Source: a virus
Strand: one strand, 5' to 3'
Virus record (IMG/VR): IMGVR_UViG_3300015263_000944
Location: 43,395-107,394 of that record
Length of the DNA stretch: 64,000 nucleotides
Shown: piece by piece, positions 9,661 to 18,256 of the stretch
Numbering within the stretch: the stretch's first letter is position 1
How the letters are laid out: each line of letters begins with the position of its first letter
Notes under the pieces: generated by a model
Database searches by the model: none
The model's input: the letters and a program-made list of their open reading frames with translations, nothing else
Told to the model about the DNA's origin: nothing
Program-made: the position numbers and the translations under genes

Positions 9661-9855
9661 ATGTTAGTCCTGTCTCGCAAACGTGATGAGAAGATCCTTC
9701 TCAAGACGCACGAAGGTCAAGAAATTGAATTGACAGTGGTACGAATCGACAACAACAAGGTACGTCTAGGCATCGAAGCCTCAGATCAGGTCACGATCCT
9801 CAGATCAGAACTGATCAACAAGGACATCCCAGAAGTTGCTGCCGTTTCGGCCTAA
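9661..9855 (+). CDS. csrA: Carbon storage regulator CsrA homolog
   Basis: MLVLSRKRDEKILL...VRLGIEASDQVTILRSEL aligns with CsrA (MLILTRRVGETLMI...VRIGVNAPKEVSVHREEI). GGAGG lies 6 nt before the ATG. Confidence 0.8.
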   Translation: MLVLSRKRDEKILLKTHEGQEIELTVVRIDNNKVRLGIEASDQVTILRSELINKDIPEVAAVSA

Positions 9856-10970
9856 CTCAACAATTCGCTGATGCTGCCGGTGCCATAATGGATTCTCATT
9901 ATGGCATCGGCAACCATCTGTGCCGTCGAGATTGTCACGACTTTCTTCTTATTCGCCTCACTCAGCCTCCAAGGGTCAACGGTGTCGCACATCACGATTC
10001 TCGTGTTGAGATCATCCATCTTCTGATTGGCGTCTCCGCAGAACAACCCATGTGTGGCGACCACAGCGAACAATTCCCCGCCAGCCGGTTCAACGGCCAT
10101 ACAGGCATTCCGCATGGTGCCACCAGTCGAGATCATGTCGTCCACGGCAATGACGTAGGCACCATCGACATCGCCGATGATGCGACCACCTTCATAGCCA
10201 GTCACGCCACTATTGGCCTCTTTTTTCTTTCGGGTTTTATCGTAGATGACGCATTCGATGGTATTCTTGGCAGGTTTGCCCAGTGCCTTCAGGCAATCGA
10301 CAAGGGCACCCCGGAAACGGCGAGCACGATGAAGACCTCCAGAATCGGGGGTGAGAACTGCAATTTTGTCTGCATCTTGCAGTTGCTTGGCACACCACTC
10401 CGCTTGGAGATTCTTGGCTTCGAGATTGTCAATGGGGCGGGAGAAAGCATTTTGCTCAGCAGCGAGATTGTGTACGTCAATGAACAGGGCTCTGTCCATG
10501 CCCACAGCTTCGAGCATCCGAGCGACGTATTTGGTGGTGATCGGCTCCCTTGAGGCTGTTTTGCGATCCTGTCTGGCCCATGCGAGATGGGGAATGACGA
10601 CCGTAACTTCGTGGGCACTGGCGTCTTTCAGCGATCCCACCATCCAGCACAACTTGACGAACTTGTCCGAAACTGATTCGTGGGCGTCCGAGTACAAACT
10701 TTGGATTACGAAGACATTGTGCCCTCGAACATTGCCAACCGCTCCATCGGCAGATTTGGCGAAGTTCTCGCCATCTGGGAAGTCTAGCTCCTCATGTGGG
10801 GTCAAGTCAATACCCACATGTTCGGCAACTTTCTGAGCGTACCCCTGAGAACTGTTCAGGCCGAAGATCTTGAATGGTCTGGGTGCCCGAGAAATCTTCA
10901 GCAAAGCAGCCGAAACTGCCTGTTGTACCATGGCTTCCGCTTCTTCTACGGTGACGAATCTGCTGGACAT
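9852..10970 (-). CDS. prs: Ribose-phosphate pyrophosphokinase (PRPP synthetase)
   Basis: Prs-type sequence throughout, including the PRPP-binding VDDMISTGGT motif. About 30-aa N-terminal extension. Confidence 0.85.
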   Translation of the reverse strand: MSSRFVTVEEAEAMVQQAVSAALLKISRAPRPFKIFGLNSSQGYAQKVAEHVGIDLTPHEELDFPDGENFAKSADGAVGNVRGHNVFVIQSLYSDAHESVSDKFVKLCWMVGSLKDASAHEVTVVIPHLAWARQDRKTASREPITTKYVARMLEAVGMDRALFIDVHNLAAEQNAFSRPIDNLEAKNLQAEWCAKQLQDADKIAVLTPDSGGLHRARRFRGALVDCLKALGKPAKNTIECVIYDKTRKKKEANSGVTGYEGGRIIGDVDGAYVIAVDDMISTGGTMRNACMAVEPAGGELFAVVATHGLFCGDANQKMDDLNTRIVMCDTVDPWRLSEANKKKVVTISTAQMVADAIMRIHYGTGSISELLS

Positions 10971-11003
10971 TCGAACTCCTTTCGGGATGATCGGGCATCA
11001 GAA

Positions 11004-11882
11004 TTATATGGCATTTTTCGACAACAGTTGAGCTTTTAGCGTGTTTCGCATCAGCATCGCCACCGTCATTGGGCCTACGCCACCGGGAACCGGGGTGATG
11101 GCGGACACCTTCTGTGAGACAGCATCGAAGTCTACATCGCCTACGATCTTTCGAGTGCCGGGAATGCGGTTGATCCCCACGTCAACCACCACGGCACCTT
11201 CCGGCACCATGTCAGCAGTGAGGAAATTGGGCTGGCCGACTGCGACCACGATGATGTCTGAAGAAAGACAGACTTCTTTGAGACGATCTGGGGGCGTGTG
11301 ATCGTGACACATGAAGACCGTGGCATTCGCTTGCCCATGGTCTTGAACGAGAAGTGCAGACAGAGGCTTCCCGACAATATCAGATCGATTGATGATCGCC
11401 ACTTTCTTCCCCGCAATTCCAATGCCGCTACGGGTCAGTAACTCCTGAATACCCTGTGGCGTGCAGGGAACAAATCGAGGACGACCTTGTAGGAGCAGTC
11501 CAACATTCGTAGGCGAAAAGACATCAACGTCTTTGTGAGGGTCGATTCTATCGAAAACCGCTTGTGCGTCAAGACACTTTGGCAACGGCAGTTGAACCAA
11601 GACCCCATGCACAGCCGGATCGTTGTTGAGATAATCGATGGTTGCCAGAAGATGGTCCATTGGCTGGGACCAATTCTCAATGCCTCCTTCGAACGGCTTC
11701 AACAGAAAACTGATGATGCCGCACTCCTCACATGCCTGTCTCTTCTTTGAGACATAAATCTCACTTGCTGGATCTTCAGAGCACAACACCACAGCGAGAC
11801 ATGGTGGCGTCATTCCAATTTTTGCTTTGATCTCTGCACGCACTTCGGCGGCGACAGCGTTCCCGTCAAGAAGTTGGGCCAT
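11004..11882 (-). CDS. folD: Bifunctional methylenetetrahydrofolate dehydrogenase/cyclohydrolase FolD
   Basis: MAQLLDGNAVAAEVRAEIK N-terminus, GKKVAIINRSDIVGKPLSALL and PGGVGPMT motifs. Confidence 0.85.
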   Translation of the reverse strand: MAQLLDGNAVAAEVRAEIKAKIGMTPPCLAVVLCSEDPASEIYVSKKRQACEECGIISFLLKPFEGGIENWSQPMDHLLATIDYLNNDPAVHGVLVQLPLPKCLDAQAVFDRIDPHKDVDVFSPTNVGLLLQGRPRFVPCTPQGIQELLTRSGIGIAGKKVAIINRSDIVGKPLSALLVQDHGQANATVFMCHDHTPPDRLKEVCLSSDIIVVAVGQPNFLTADMVPEGAVVVDVGINRIPGTRKIVGDVDFDAVSQKVSAITPVPGGVGPMTVAMLMRNTLKAQLLSKNAI

Positions 11883-12414
11883 CGATCTCCCTCTCAATCA
11901 GTTCCATCATGGAATCGAAGTGATCGACACAGACGTAATGCAGATCGCCATGCAGGTGTCTGCTAAGATGTCCCTTCAGGAAATTGTCGAAGCTCACAGC
12001 CTCGTCGTAATCCTGATAGCGACCCTTTTCGTTGTACTCGACCGTGCGTTCAATGAAGAGATTGAGAGGTGGAAAGTCTCGGTCGAACTGCTGACAGATG
12101 CGAATCAGATCGTCGGCACATTGAAAATCGTAGAGTGCCGAGTAAGCAGTATTCATCAGCAACGGAGAGTCCGTCACGATGGTTTGCACGTTTCTCAGAA
12201 TGACATCTTCTGACTTCAATTGCTTGGCGAAGACGTACAACTGGTCGTATGAGGTCGGTTTGCGGCCCTCATGTGCCCAAGTTTTTATGTATTCGGGAAT
12301 ATGTTCTACGTCGTATCCCCGAATCTTCAATTCGGCGAACGTGCGAGCGGCCAAGGTGCTCTTCCCGCTACCCGGCCCAGCATAGAAATTCACTCTTCTA
12401 ATTGGTGAGGACAT
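11866..12414 (-). CDS. P-loop NTPase / nucleotide kinase-like protein
   Basis: Walker A GPGSGKST near the N-terminus; 182 aa. Confidence 0.6.
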   Translation of the reverse strand: MSSPIRRVNFYAGPGSGKSTLAARTFAELKIRGYDVEHIPEYIKTWAHEGRKPTSYDQLYVFAKQLKSEDVILRNVQTIVTDSPLLMNTAYSALYDFQCADDLIRICQQFDRDFPPLNLFIERTVEYNEKGRYQDYDEAVSFDNFLKGHLSRHLHGDLHYVCVDHFDSMMELIEREIDGPTS

Positions 12415-12929
12415 TTTCCGTAGATTCCTTTCGCACAGTTACAATTGAAACAAAGAACTGTGTAGTCCCCTTGCGGCCATCCTAGCCTTTTAAGACGAGC
12501 CCATGCCTTGTAGCCCGTCAATCGTTTCGGCTCATCATCTCTCCCATTCACATGTTCGAGAGTGAGAAATTCAACGGTACTCTCTCCACAACACGAGCAC
12601 TTTCCACCATAGGCTTCAATGCCATCCAATCTCACAGAACGCTCGTACTCACGCTTCTGTTCTCTGAGTCTGTCTCGGTTGTTGCGACGATACTCCCGCT
12701 GGTATTCTTTGGCCTTCTCTTGTCTCGCCGTTCTCTCATTTTCTGTGAGACGTGGTTGGCGACATCGAGAGGTGTAACTACCAGATTTCTTTTCACGACG
12801 AACCCGACACTCAAGCTCGCTGCGACAATCCTTACAAACATTGCAAAGACCATCCTTCGCAGCGGAGTTTTGGTGGAACTTGCTGAGGGATCGGTTTTTG
12901 CGACACGAACTGCATTTCTTCCGTTTCAT
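12390..12929 (-). CDS. HNH endonuclease
   Basis: CSSC...CNVCKDC zinc-finger pairs and an EHVNG...N...CFNCN HNH core. Confidence 0.75.
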   Translation of the reverse strand: MKRKKCSSCRKNRSLSKFHQNSAAKDGLCNVCKDCRSELECRVRREKKSGSYTSRCRQPRLTENERTARQEKAKEYQREYRRNNRDRLREQKREYERSVRLDGIEAYGGKCSCCGESTVEFLTLEHVNGRDDEPKRLTGYKAWARLKRLGWPQGDYTVLCFNCNCAKGIYGKCPHQLEE

Positions 12930-12991
12930 AGAAGAATTATAGTACGCATCAACAAATTTCCGTCGTCTGACAGGTAAGAGTCTACCTTAAA

Positions 12992-13336
12992 TTACGACGC
13001 TAGGTCAATACAGTTTTGCCATGTATTGGATACCCCTTGTTCTTTAAGATAATCCCTGAACTCTTCGTGTGAATAACAGCCATCAGCCACTAGCTTAATT
13101 ACAAGCGTGGCTTCTTCGATGCTGTATCCGAATTGCACCAGATACTCTTCAGAATCGATGTTCCGCTTTCTTACAAGCCAAGCGGCACTGAGGAGCCTGT
13201 GAAATGGCGAGGAGTCCGAGACTCGGTGACAATTGTTACAACTTGTGATGCCGTGAACGATGGCCTGCGGCAAGTTGTGCCCGCAATGTGGACAATATGT
13301 AATCATCACTTCTATGTATCCATGAGACTTAAACAT
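12992..13336 (-). CDS. Zn-ribbon hypothetical protein
   Basis: CPHCGH...CNNC motifs; 114 aa. Confidence 0.45.
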   Translation of the reverse strand: MFKSHGYIEVMITYCPHCGHNLPQAIVHGITSCNNCHRVSDSSPFHRLLSAAWLVRKRNIDSEEYLVQFGYSIEEATLVIKLVADGCYSHEEFRDYLKEQGVSNTWQNCIDLAS

Positions 13337-13351
13337 TCGAGAGGAGATCCC

Positions 13352-13618
13352 ATGACCGGCAGCTATTCAGATCAGTTGTTGGAACAGCGTAATAACGAGC
13401 GTCGAGCCACCCGTCCGTGGCTGGAATGCTACATCTGCCAAACACCGCCCACATTTGAGGACGTGAAGGCCCACTTCGCTGAACAGGGGATGCTCGTCAC
13501 ACGGGCGGACTACCAAGCGGTGTGCGAGAAGATGTGCGTGAAGCCACGCTGGGCGCACGAAAAAACCCCGGAGCAACCGAAGTCACTCCGGGGTGAGTCC
13601 GAGGGGACCGACGTTTAG
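13352..13618 (+). CDS. Hypothetical small protein
   Basis: GAGAGGAG RBS 4 nt before the ATG at 13352; 89 aa. Its 3' end contains a hairpin that works as a minus-strand terminator, which lowers confidence. Confidence 0.35.
   Translation: MTGSYSDQLLEQRNNERRATRPWLECYICQTPPTFEDVKAHFAEQGMLVTRADYQAVCEKMCVKPRWAHEKTPEQPKSLRGESEGTDV
13558..13593 (-). terminator. Rho-independent terminator for the ParB-like gene
   Basis: Hairpin CCCCGGAG/CTCCGGGG followed on the minus strand by TTTTTTCG. Confidence 0.5.
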
Positions 13619-15132
13619 TCCTCGTCATCGTACCCCATCCGATCCAACTCAGCGACCGGATTGTAGTCCTCGTCGTCGTCGTCATCGAAGTCGTCCCCGA
13701 ACTCTTCATCGAGTTCGGCGTCGAGTTCGGCGTCGGTTTCGAATTCCTCTTCGTCTTCAACATCAACAGCATCCCATCGGCCCAGATCGATCTGGATCGA
13801 GCGGATGATGTCGAGTCCGGGGCTGTGACGCCCTTCGAGGATCGCCGTGCAGGTTCGCCGCACAGCCATCACCAGATCAGCAGGAATGTTTTCGCCGTAA
13901 TCTGGGTCTTCGGTCTCGCCATCCTCCAGAGCCGCCAGAGAATCGATGATCTCTTGAATCTGCTCCTTCGGCATCATCTTCGCCTTCTTCGGCGACAGAT
14001 TGGCAGCGGCAGCCCCACGAGCGACGTGGCTCTGCTTGATCGTGCCCTTCTCGTCTTCGACACGATCCTTCTTCTCCTTCGCCTTCTTCTGTCGAGTCTG
14101 GGCAGACCGGACAGTGCGACGAGCCTTCTTGGCAGTTGTCTCGTCATCGTTCTGCTCAGCCTTCTTGGCCTCGGCGAGAGCAAGCTCCTCCTCGTCTTCG
14201 GCCTGCTCCAGTTCGTCCTGCGCCTCTTCCAAGCGACGGGCAGTATCTTCCTCTTCGGCCTTCTTCGTCGCCTCGAAAAGTTTCTGACGATCTTCGGGCT
14301 TGAAGCCCATGATGTGGACGGCAACGTGACGGGTCATGGTGCCGTCGAGCAGTTTCTTGTAGGCTTCCTTCGGCAACGCCTCTTGGAAGTTGAGTGTCTG
14401 GGAAACCCACGTCTCATTGGTTCCCAACATGTCGGCGATCTCGCCCTGCTTCATTCCCATCCGCTGGAGACGCTCGACGAGGGCGATCTCTTCTCGGGTT
14501 TCCAACGACTGGCTCTTGTCGTTCTCCGTGAACGCCAAACGCAAGGCACGCTCATCGGTGCAGTCGTAGGCCACCCGGCACGGAATCTGATGGTAGAGCT
14601 TGCTGCCGGGAATGGTGGGAAAGACTTCCTCGGCGGCGACATCACGCTGTTCTTCGCCCAGCGTGAGTCCATCGGCGAGAAAGAACTGGATCGCAAGGCT
14701 GGCCGTCTTGTGAGATACGACCTTGGCGAAGCGACCTTTGTGCAGCACGACGGCCCCGGCACGATACTTCTTCGGGGCTTCAGCGTCTTCGTCGAAACAC
14801 GGGTAATCGTTCTCGACGATCTTCAGGAGGGTTCGCAGCCGCCGCTCACCAGCAATCAACTGGACAGCGACAACCTTCCCCTTCTCAGTCAGGGCACGGA
14901 CTTGCGGGGGTTGCTGCAAGCCGTCCGTCCGAATCGAGAGCAACAACTCTTGCATCTCCGCAGGCGTGAAGCTCTCGATGCTGCGGGGGTTGTAGAAAAG
15001 TTGCTCAGTCTCTCGGCCCTTGGCGGGCCGCTCCACAATCTCAATCTGATCAAGAGGGACGGAAGGATATTTCCCCTCGCCCGTGATCTTGATGGACTTG
15101 GACTTGGTGGTTGTTGTCATTGCGGTTTGCAT
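13615..15132 (-). CDS. ParB-like nuclease domain protein with acidic C-terminal tail
   Basis: ParB N-terminal box LIAGERRLRT. Long charged coiled-coil region. Poly-D/E C-terminus. Confidence 0.8.
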   Translation of the reverse strand: MQTAMTTTTKSKSIKITGEGKYPSVPLDQIEIVERPAKGRETEQLFYNPRSIESFTPAEMQELLLSIRTDGLQQPPQVRALTEKGKVVAVQLIAGERRLRTLLKIVENDYPCFDEDAEAPKKYRAGAVVLHKGRFAKVVSHKTASLAIQFFLADGLTLGEEQRDVAAEEVFPTIPGSKLYHQIPCRVAYDCTDERALRLAFTENDKSQSLETREEIALVERLQRMGMKQGEIADMLGTNETWVSQTLNFQEALPKEAYKKLLDGTMTRHVAVHIMGFKPEDRQKLFEATKKAEEEDTARRLEEAQDELEQAEDEEELALAEAKKAEQNDDETTAKKARRTVRSAQTRQKKAKEKKDRVEDEKGTIKQSHVARGAAAANLSPKKAKMMPKEQIQEIIDSLAALEDGETEDPDYGENIPADLVMAVRRTCTAILEGRHSPGLDIIRSIQIDLGRWDAVDVEDEEEFETDAELDAELDEEFGDDFDDDDDEDYNPVAELDRMGYDDED

Positions 15133-15266
15133 CCTTTCGGGAAACGATGTTGTGTAAATGCCCGACCTGAAGCAGACCGGACTGCGGCTCCCGCAATCCC
15201 AGTAGGGAGTCGCCCGAAGAAAAAAGAACCTCCTCTTGTTAAGGGTCGATGAAGACTCAGGCTGCC

Positions 15267-15295
15267 GTTTTACCCCAGTGTTCGCAAGTAGTCAA
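15267..15295 (-). promoter_or_regulatory. Putative sigma70-like promoter for the ParB-like gene
   Basis: On the minus strand: TTGACT, 17-nt spacer, TAAAAC. It sits in the 195-nt intergenic region upstream of the ParB start. Confidence 0.3.
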
Positions 15296-15326
15296 CCATG
15301 ATTTTCGAATCTGGCAAACCAAATTC

Positions 15327-15941
15327 TCAAAAACGGTAATTCTTGTGTGGGCGGCGACAGCGGACCTGCCAATCGACCTCGTATGGGGATGCTCCCCAGT
15401 TGTCGAGTGTGGAGTCCTTCTTACGAAGAAGCAGCCCCTCGATCAAGGGCAGTTTGACGAAACTGCGGAAGTGAGCACTGAACTCGCTATCACCATGCGT
15501 TGACAACCAAATGCTATCACTCACTTTGAGAGCAGCATCCGGGAAGTCTGGGTGAGGCTCACTGGGCTGGCCGCACACATTGAAGAGCATGGCGAGACGA
15601 GTCAACTGATCGACACCGATGAGGTAATCGGTGATTTGAAGAGCGTCGAAAAGGACCAGAGCGTCCTTTCCGTTATGGCGGACCAGTTCGCCATCGAGGT
15701 AGTGCGTCCCACTCGGAAGTTTGAGACGCAAAAGTTCATCCCTGATCTGGGAGAACTTTCCTGCGGGATGCCACTTGTGATGGCGGTTCCCGAGATCAGC
15801 CTTGTTTCCATCTACGACGGGGATACAACGGTCGCCGTCGAACTTCGGTTGCCAAATGAACACGCCCTGACTTTCCATGGAATCAAGCTGTTCGGGCTTG
15901 ATCTTGCTGGTCGGTCTGGGCGGAAAAATGTATCGGGGCAT
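15327..15941 (-). CDS. ATP-dependent DNA/RNA ligase nucleotidyltransferase domain protein (minimal, no OB domain)
   Basis: Ligase motif I KFDGDR, motif III YLDGELV, motif IIIa LVLFDAL and motif IV IEGLLLRK. Only 204 aa. Confidence 0.6.
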   Translation of the reverse strand: MPRYIFPPRPTSKIKPEQLDSMESQGVFIWQPKFDGDRCIPVVDGNKADLGNRHHKWHPAGKFSQIRDELLRLKLPSGTHYLDGELVRHNGKDALVLFDALQITDYLIGVDQLTRLAMLFNVCGQPSEPHPDFPDAALKVSDSIWLSTHGDSEFSAHFRSFVKLPLIEGLLLRKKDSTLDNWGASPYEVDWQVRCRRPHKNYRF

Positions 15942-15982
15942 GATGTTCCTCCATGCCCCACATCATATGGCAGTTTTGCGGG

Positions 15983-16675
15983 TCAGTTAAAGCTTTCCGC
16001 ATCAAGTACAAATTTTGTGTCACAATCGTTGCAAGTGACGTTGAGCGGCTTCTGTCCATCAGGACGCCGACCAGACCGGATGATCACCGGAGGTTCGCAC
16101 GACTGACAGACATACTTCAATTGGTACTCTTTGTGCGGCTTCGACTCGTAGGACCGTCGCAACGCCCGCTGGAAGTTCTGGAACTCCTGTTGCGACCACG
16201 AAATCTCTCGATAGATTTTTCGACGCAACTTCACCGCAGACGTTTCGGGGAACCTCACCTTGTCCGCCTGAACCACCTCGCTGTGATTGGCGTCGGAGAA
16301 AGTGATCCCCCAGCCTCGTGCCGAACTAGCAACAACAATGAGACCGAGACGGAGTGCCTTCTCACAGAAGTATCGGTTGTGATACTGATTCTGCGTAAAG
16401 TCCGGGACGCCCTGCTTGGCATGATAGACGTGAATCATCACATGCAGCAGATCATCCAGCACCTCTGTCTTCGATGCGTTGATGAAGCTTGCCCCGATCT
16501 CTATCGTGTCGTCTCCCGTATAATGGAAGATGCCTTTGCGGCTCAAGTTGGGCGTAAACTCGATCTCATCATTCAGTTCACCGTTAAAGAGGCCCTTGTT
16601 CAGAGTTTCAAATGCTCTGGTCAAATGACCTTTCATGCAGTCACCTTTTCTGTCATCCGTGGGTGTGGACTCCAT
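15983..16675 (-). CDS. Hypothetical protein with C-terminal zinc ribbon
   Basis: C-terminal CQSC...CNDC pair. No HExxH motif, so a SprT-like call is not supported. Confidence 0.45.
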   Translation of the reverse strand: MESTPTDDRKGDCMKGHLTRAFETLNKGLFNGELNDEIEFTPNLSRKGIFHYTGDDTIEIGASFINASKTEVLDDLLHVMIHVYHAKQGVPDFTQNQYHNRYFCEKALRLGLIVVASSARGWGITFSDANHSEVVQADKVRFPETSAVKLRRKIYREISWSQQEFQNFQRALRRSYESKPHKEYQLKYVCQSCEPPVIIRSGRRPDGQKPLNVTCNDCDTKFVLDAESFN

Positions 16676-17196
16676 GCCTTTTCAGGCAGTAGGACGCTCT
16701 CCAACGAAAGCTCCCTGAATTTGTTCGAGGCTCCTCGCAGACTGGGAGAGCACTGGTTGGGGTCGAAGACTACCTCAACCTCCACGCCCTTTCGACGAAT
16801 CTCTTGGGCCACCTGTGCCATCTCATATGCTCCGGTCAGAACCACGAAGGAATCGTAGTATCCCTGCTGGAGCAACTGGGACATGTCCCAAGTGATCTGG
16901 CAGGTTATCGCAGAATTGATTTCGTCATCCAGTTCCGGGTGGCCCGCTCGGCTCACTGGATTCCGCATGATCCTGACATCGAAACCAGCCAGTCGCATCG
17001 AATCATAAAGCCGATGTCTTGAGTCTAAATTGCGGTTGGTCTCTCCGCAATAGAAAATCGACACCACTGCCTCTCGATCACCAGCCAACCAATTCTTGAG
17101 CAGCTTGAAGTTGACCTTGCGGCCATTCAAGATTCGAGAGAGAGCGTTGTTGTCTACGAAGACGCAGATCTTTTCTGATCGCTGGCCTTCACCCAT
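16633..17196 (-). CDS. NYN/LabA-like ribonuclease domain protein
   Basis: ICVFVDNNAL start, then FVVLTGAYEMA and VEVVF, consistent with the NYN fold. RBS AAAGGGAGG. Confidence 0.7.
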   Translation of the reverse strand: MGEGQRSEKICVFVDNNALSRILNGRKVNFKLLKNWLAGDREAVVSIFYCGETNRNLDSRHRLYDSMRLAGFDVRIMRNPVSRAGHPELDDEINSAITCQITWDMSQLLQQGYYDSFVVLTGAYEMAQVAQEIRRKGVEVEVVFDPNQCSPSLRGASNKFRELSLESVLLPEKAWSPHPRMTEKVTA

Positions 17197-17255
17197 TTGT
17201 CCAGCCTCCCTTTCGGAAGCTCCATTGATCTGTGAAATCGTCCATCTGACCCGAT

Positions 17256-17284
17256 ATCGTACTCAATCTTTTTTGGTTTTACAA
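17256..17284 (-). promoter_or_regulatory. Putative sigma70-like promoter for the NYN gene
   Basis: On the minus strand: TTGTAA, 17-nt spacer, TACGAT. It overlaps an A/T palindrome TTTTGGTT-ttac-AACCAAAA. Confidence 0.3.
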
Positions 17285-17400
17285 CCAAAATTGACCGACG
17301 AGGGCGATTTCCCTGAACCAAACCGCCTAAAATTTCGTCTCGACAAGTTGGCTCCTATCCCGCAGAATACAATTTTTGGACAGAAAGTGCAGGGAAGCTC

Positions 17401-17892
17401 ATGATTTACACCGCCGCCGTGCTCAAGGAAAATTCCCGCCATCTGCTGCGATGGCTGGCTAAGGCTCTTACTACGCTGGAAGAGGACGGGTTTCGGTTCC
17501 AAACCTCTCAGGCGGAACTCCTGCCCCATCACATGACGCTAAATCTGGGAGCCTTCGACGACTCCCTGAACGACCCCAGCGTACTTGGCGGCTTCGCCGA
17601 AATCCATGTGGATCGACTCCGGTTCAACTATACACTGGGCGTGTGCGCCGCACCAGTCCTCAGAGCGAGAGTCGAGTCGATTGACGGTGATGGGAAATGG
17701 TTGGACCTGAAAACCATCAATGATTTCCCGCACATCACAACGTGCCTCAAGCCGGGCGTCTCGGCCAAAACCAGCAATGAAATGCTGAGCCTGCCACGGC
17801 AACAGAATGAAGAGGTCGTCTTCGATCAGACGTATGTGCTAGAGGCGTGGGTGCAAGAAGTGCGACCACAGAAGACCTACCTCGGCGCATAA
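17401..17892 (+). CDS. 2H phosphoesterase (LigT-like cyclic phosphodiesterase) family protein
   Basis: Two HxT motifs (HHMTL and PHITT) at the spacing typical of the 2H superfamily; 163 aa. Confidence 0.65.
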   Translation: MIYTAAVLKENSRHLLRWLAKALTTLEEDGFRFQTSQAELLPHHMTLNLGAFDDSLNDPSVLGGFAEIHVDRLRFNYTLGVCAAPVLRARVESIDGDGKWLDLKTINDFPHITTCLKPGVSAKTSNEMLSLPRQQNEEVVFDQTYVLEAWVQEVRPQKTYLGA

Positions 17893-17895
17893 AAA

Positions 17896-17962
17896 GAGCA
17901 CACGCCGCTCAGCCCTCATTTAGCTCGGAGGTTTCGCTTGTTCGGTGTGTGCTCGTGTTTTG
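17896..17962 (+). terminator. Possible terminator (long-loop hairpin plus T tract)
   Basis: GAGCACAC ... GTGTGCTC stem with a loop of about 42 nt, followed by GTGTTTTGG. Confidence 0.3.
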
Positions 17963-17965
17963 GTC

Positions 17966-18199
17966 TTAGTAGAGACGCTGGTTGCAAACCGTGATTGCTG
18001 CAACCCATGCTTCCGACCGTGTGCTACAAAGCTGGTTCAATTTCGGGCAACTCACCCGAAACTTCCGCCATGTTGCACATGTGTAAATCGGCTGGGCCAT
18101 CGCATCTTCACCCTTCAAACAGTAAAGCTGAATGTTAGGGGTATCGTCTGCAAATGTGCCCTTGCACTTATTCGCTGAAACAGGTGTAACTGCTGCCAT
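17966..18199 (-). CDS. Small Cys-rich protein
   Basis: GGGAGG RBS 4 nt before the ATG at 18199. 77 aa with six Cys residues. Confidence 0.4.
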   Translation of the reverse strand: MAAVTPVSANKCKGTFADDTPNIQLYCLKGEDAMAQPIYTCATWRKFRVSCPKLNQLCSTRSEAWVAAITVCNQRLY

Positions 18200-18256
18200 A
18201 ATTCCTCCCGGATCGAACAATGTAGATCACATCTATCTATTCGTCTGGGAGGTATT

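Noticed and set aside
13825-15252. 475-aa plus-strand ORF
   Set aside because: It is antisense to the ParB-like gene. Its Leu/Arg-rich composition is typical of reverse-frame translation of a GC-rich charged protein. ParB motifs are on the minus strand.
15983-16675. SprT-like metalloprotease call
   Set aside because: There is no HExxH motif (HVMIHVYH only). Kept as a hypothetical Zn-ribbon protein.
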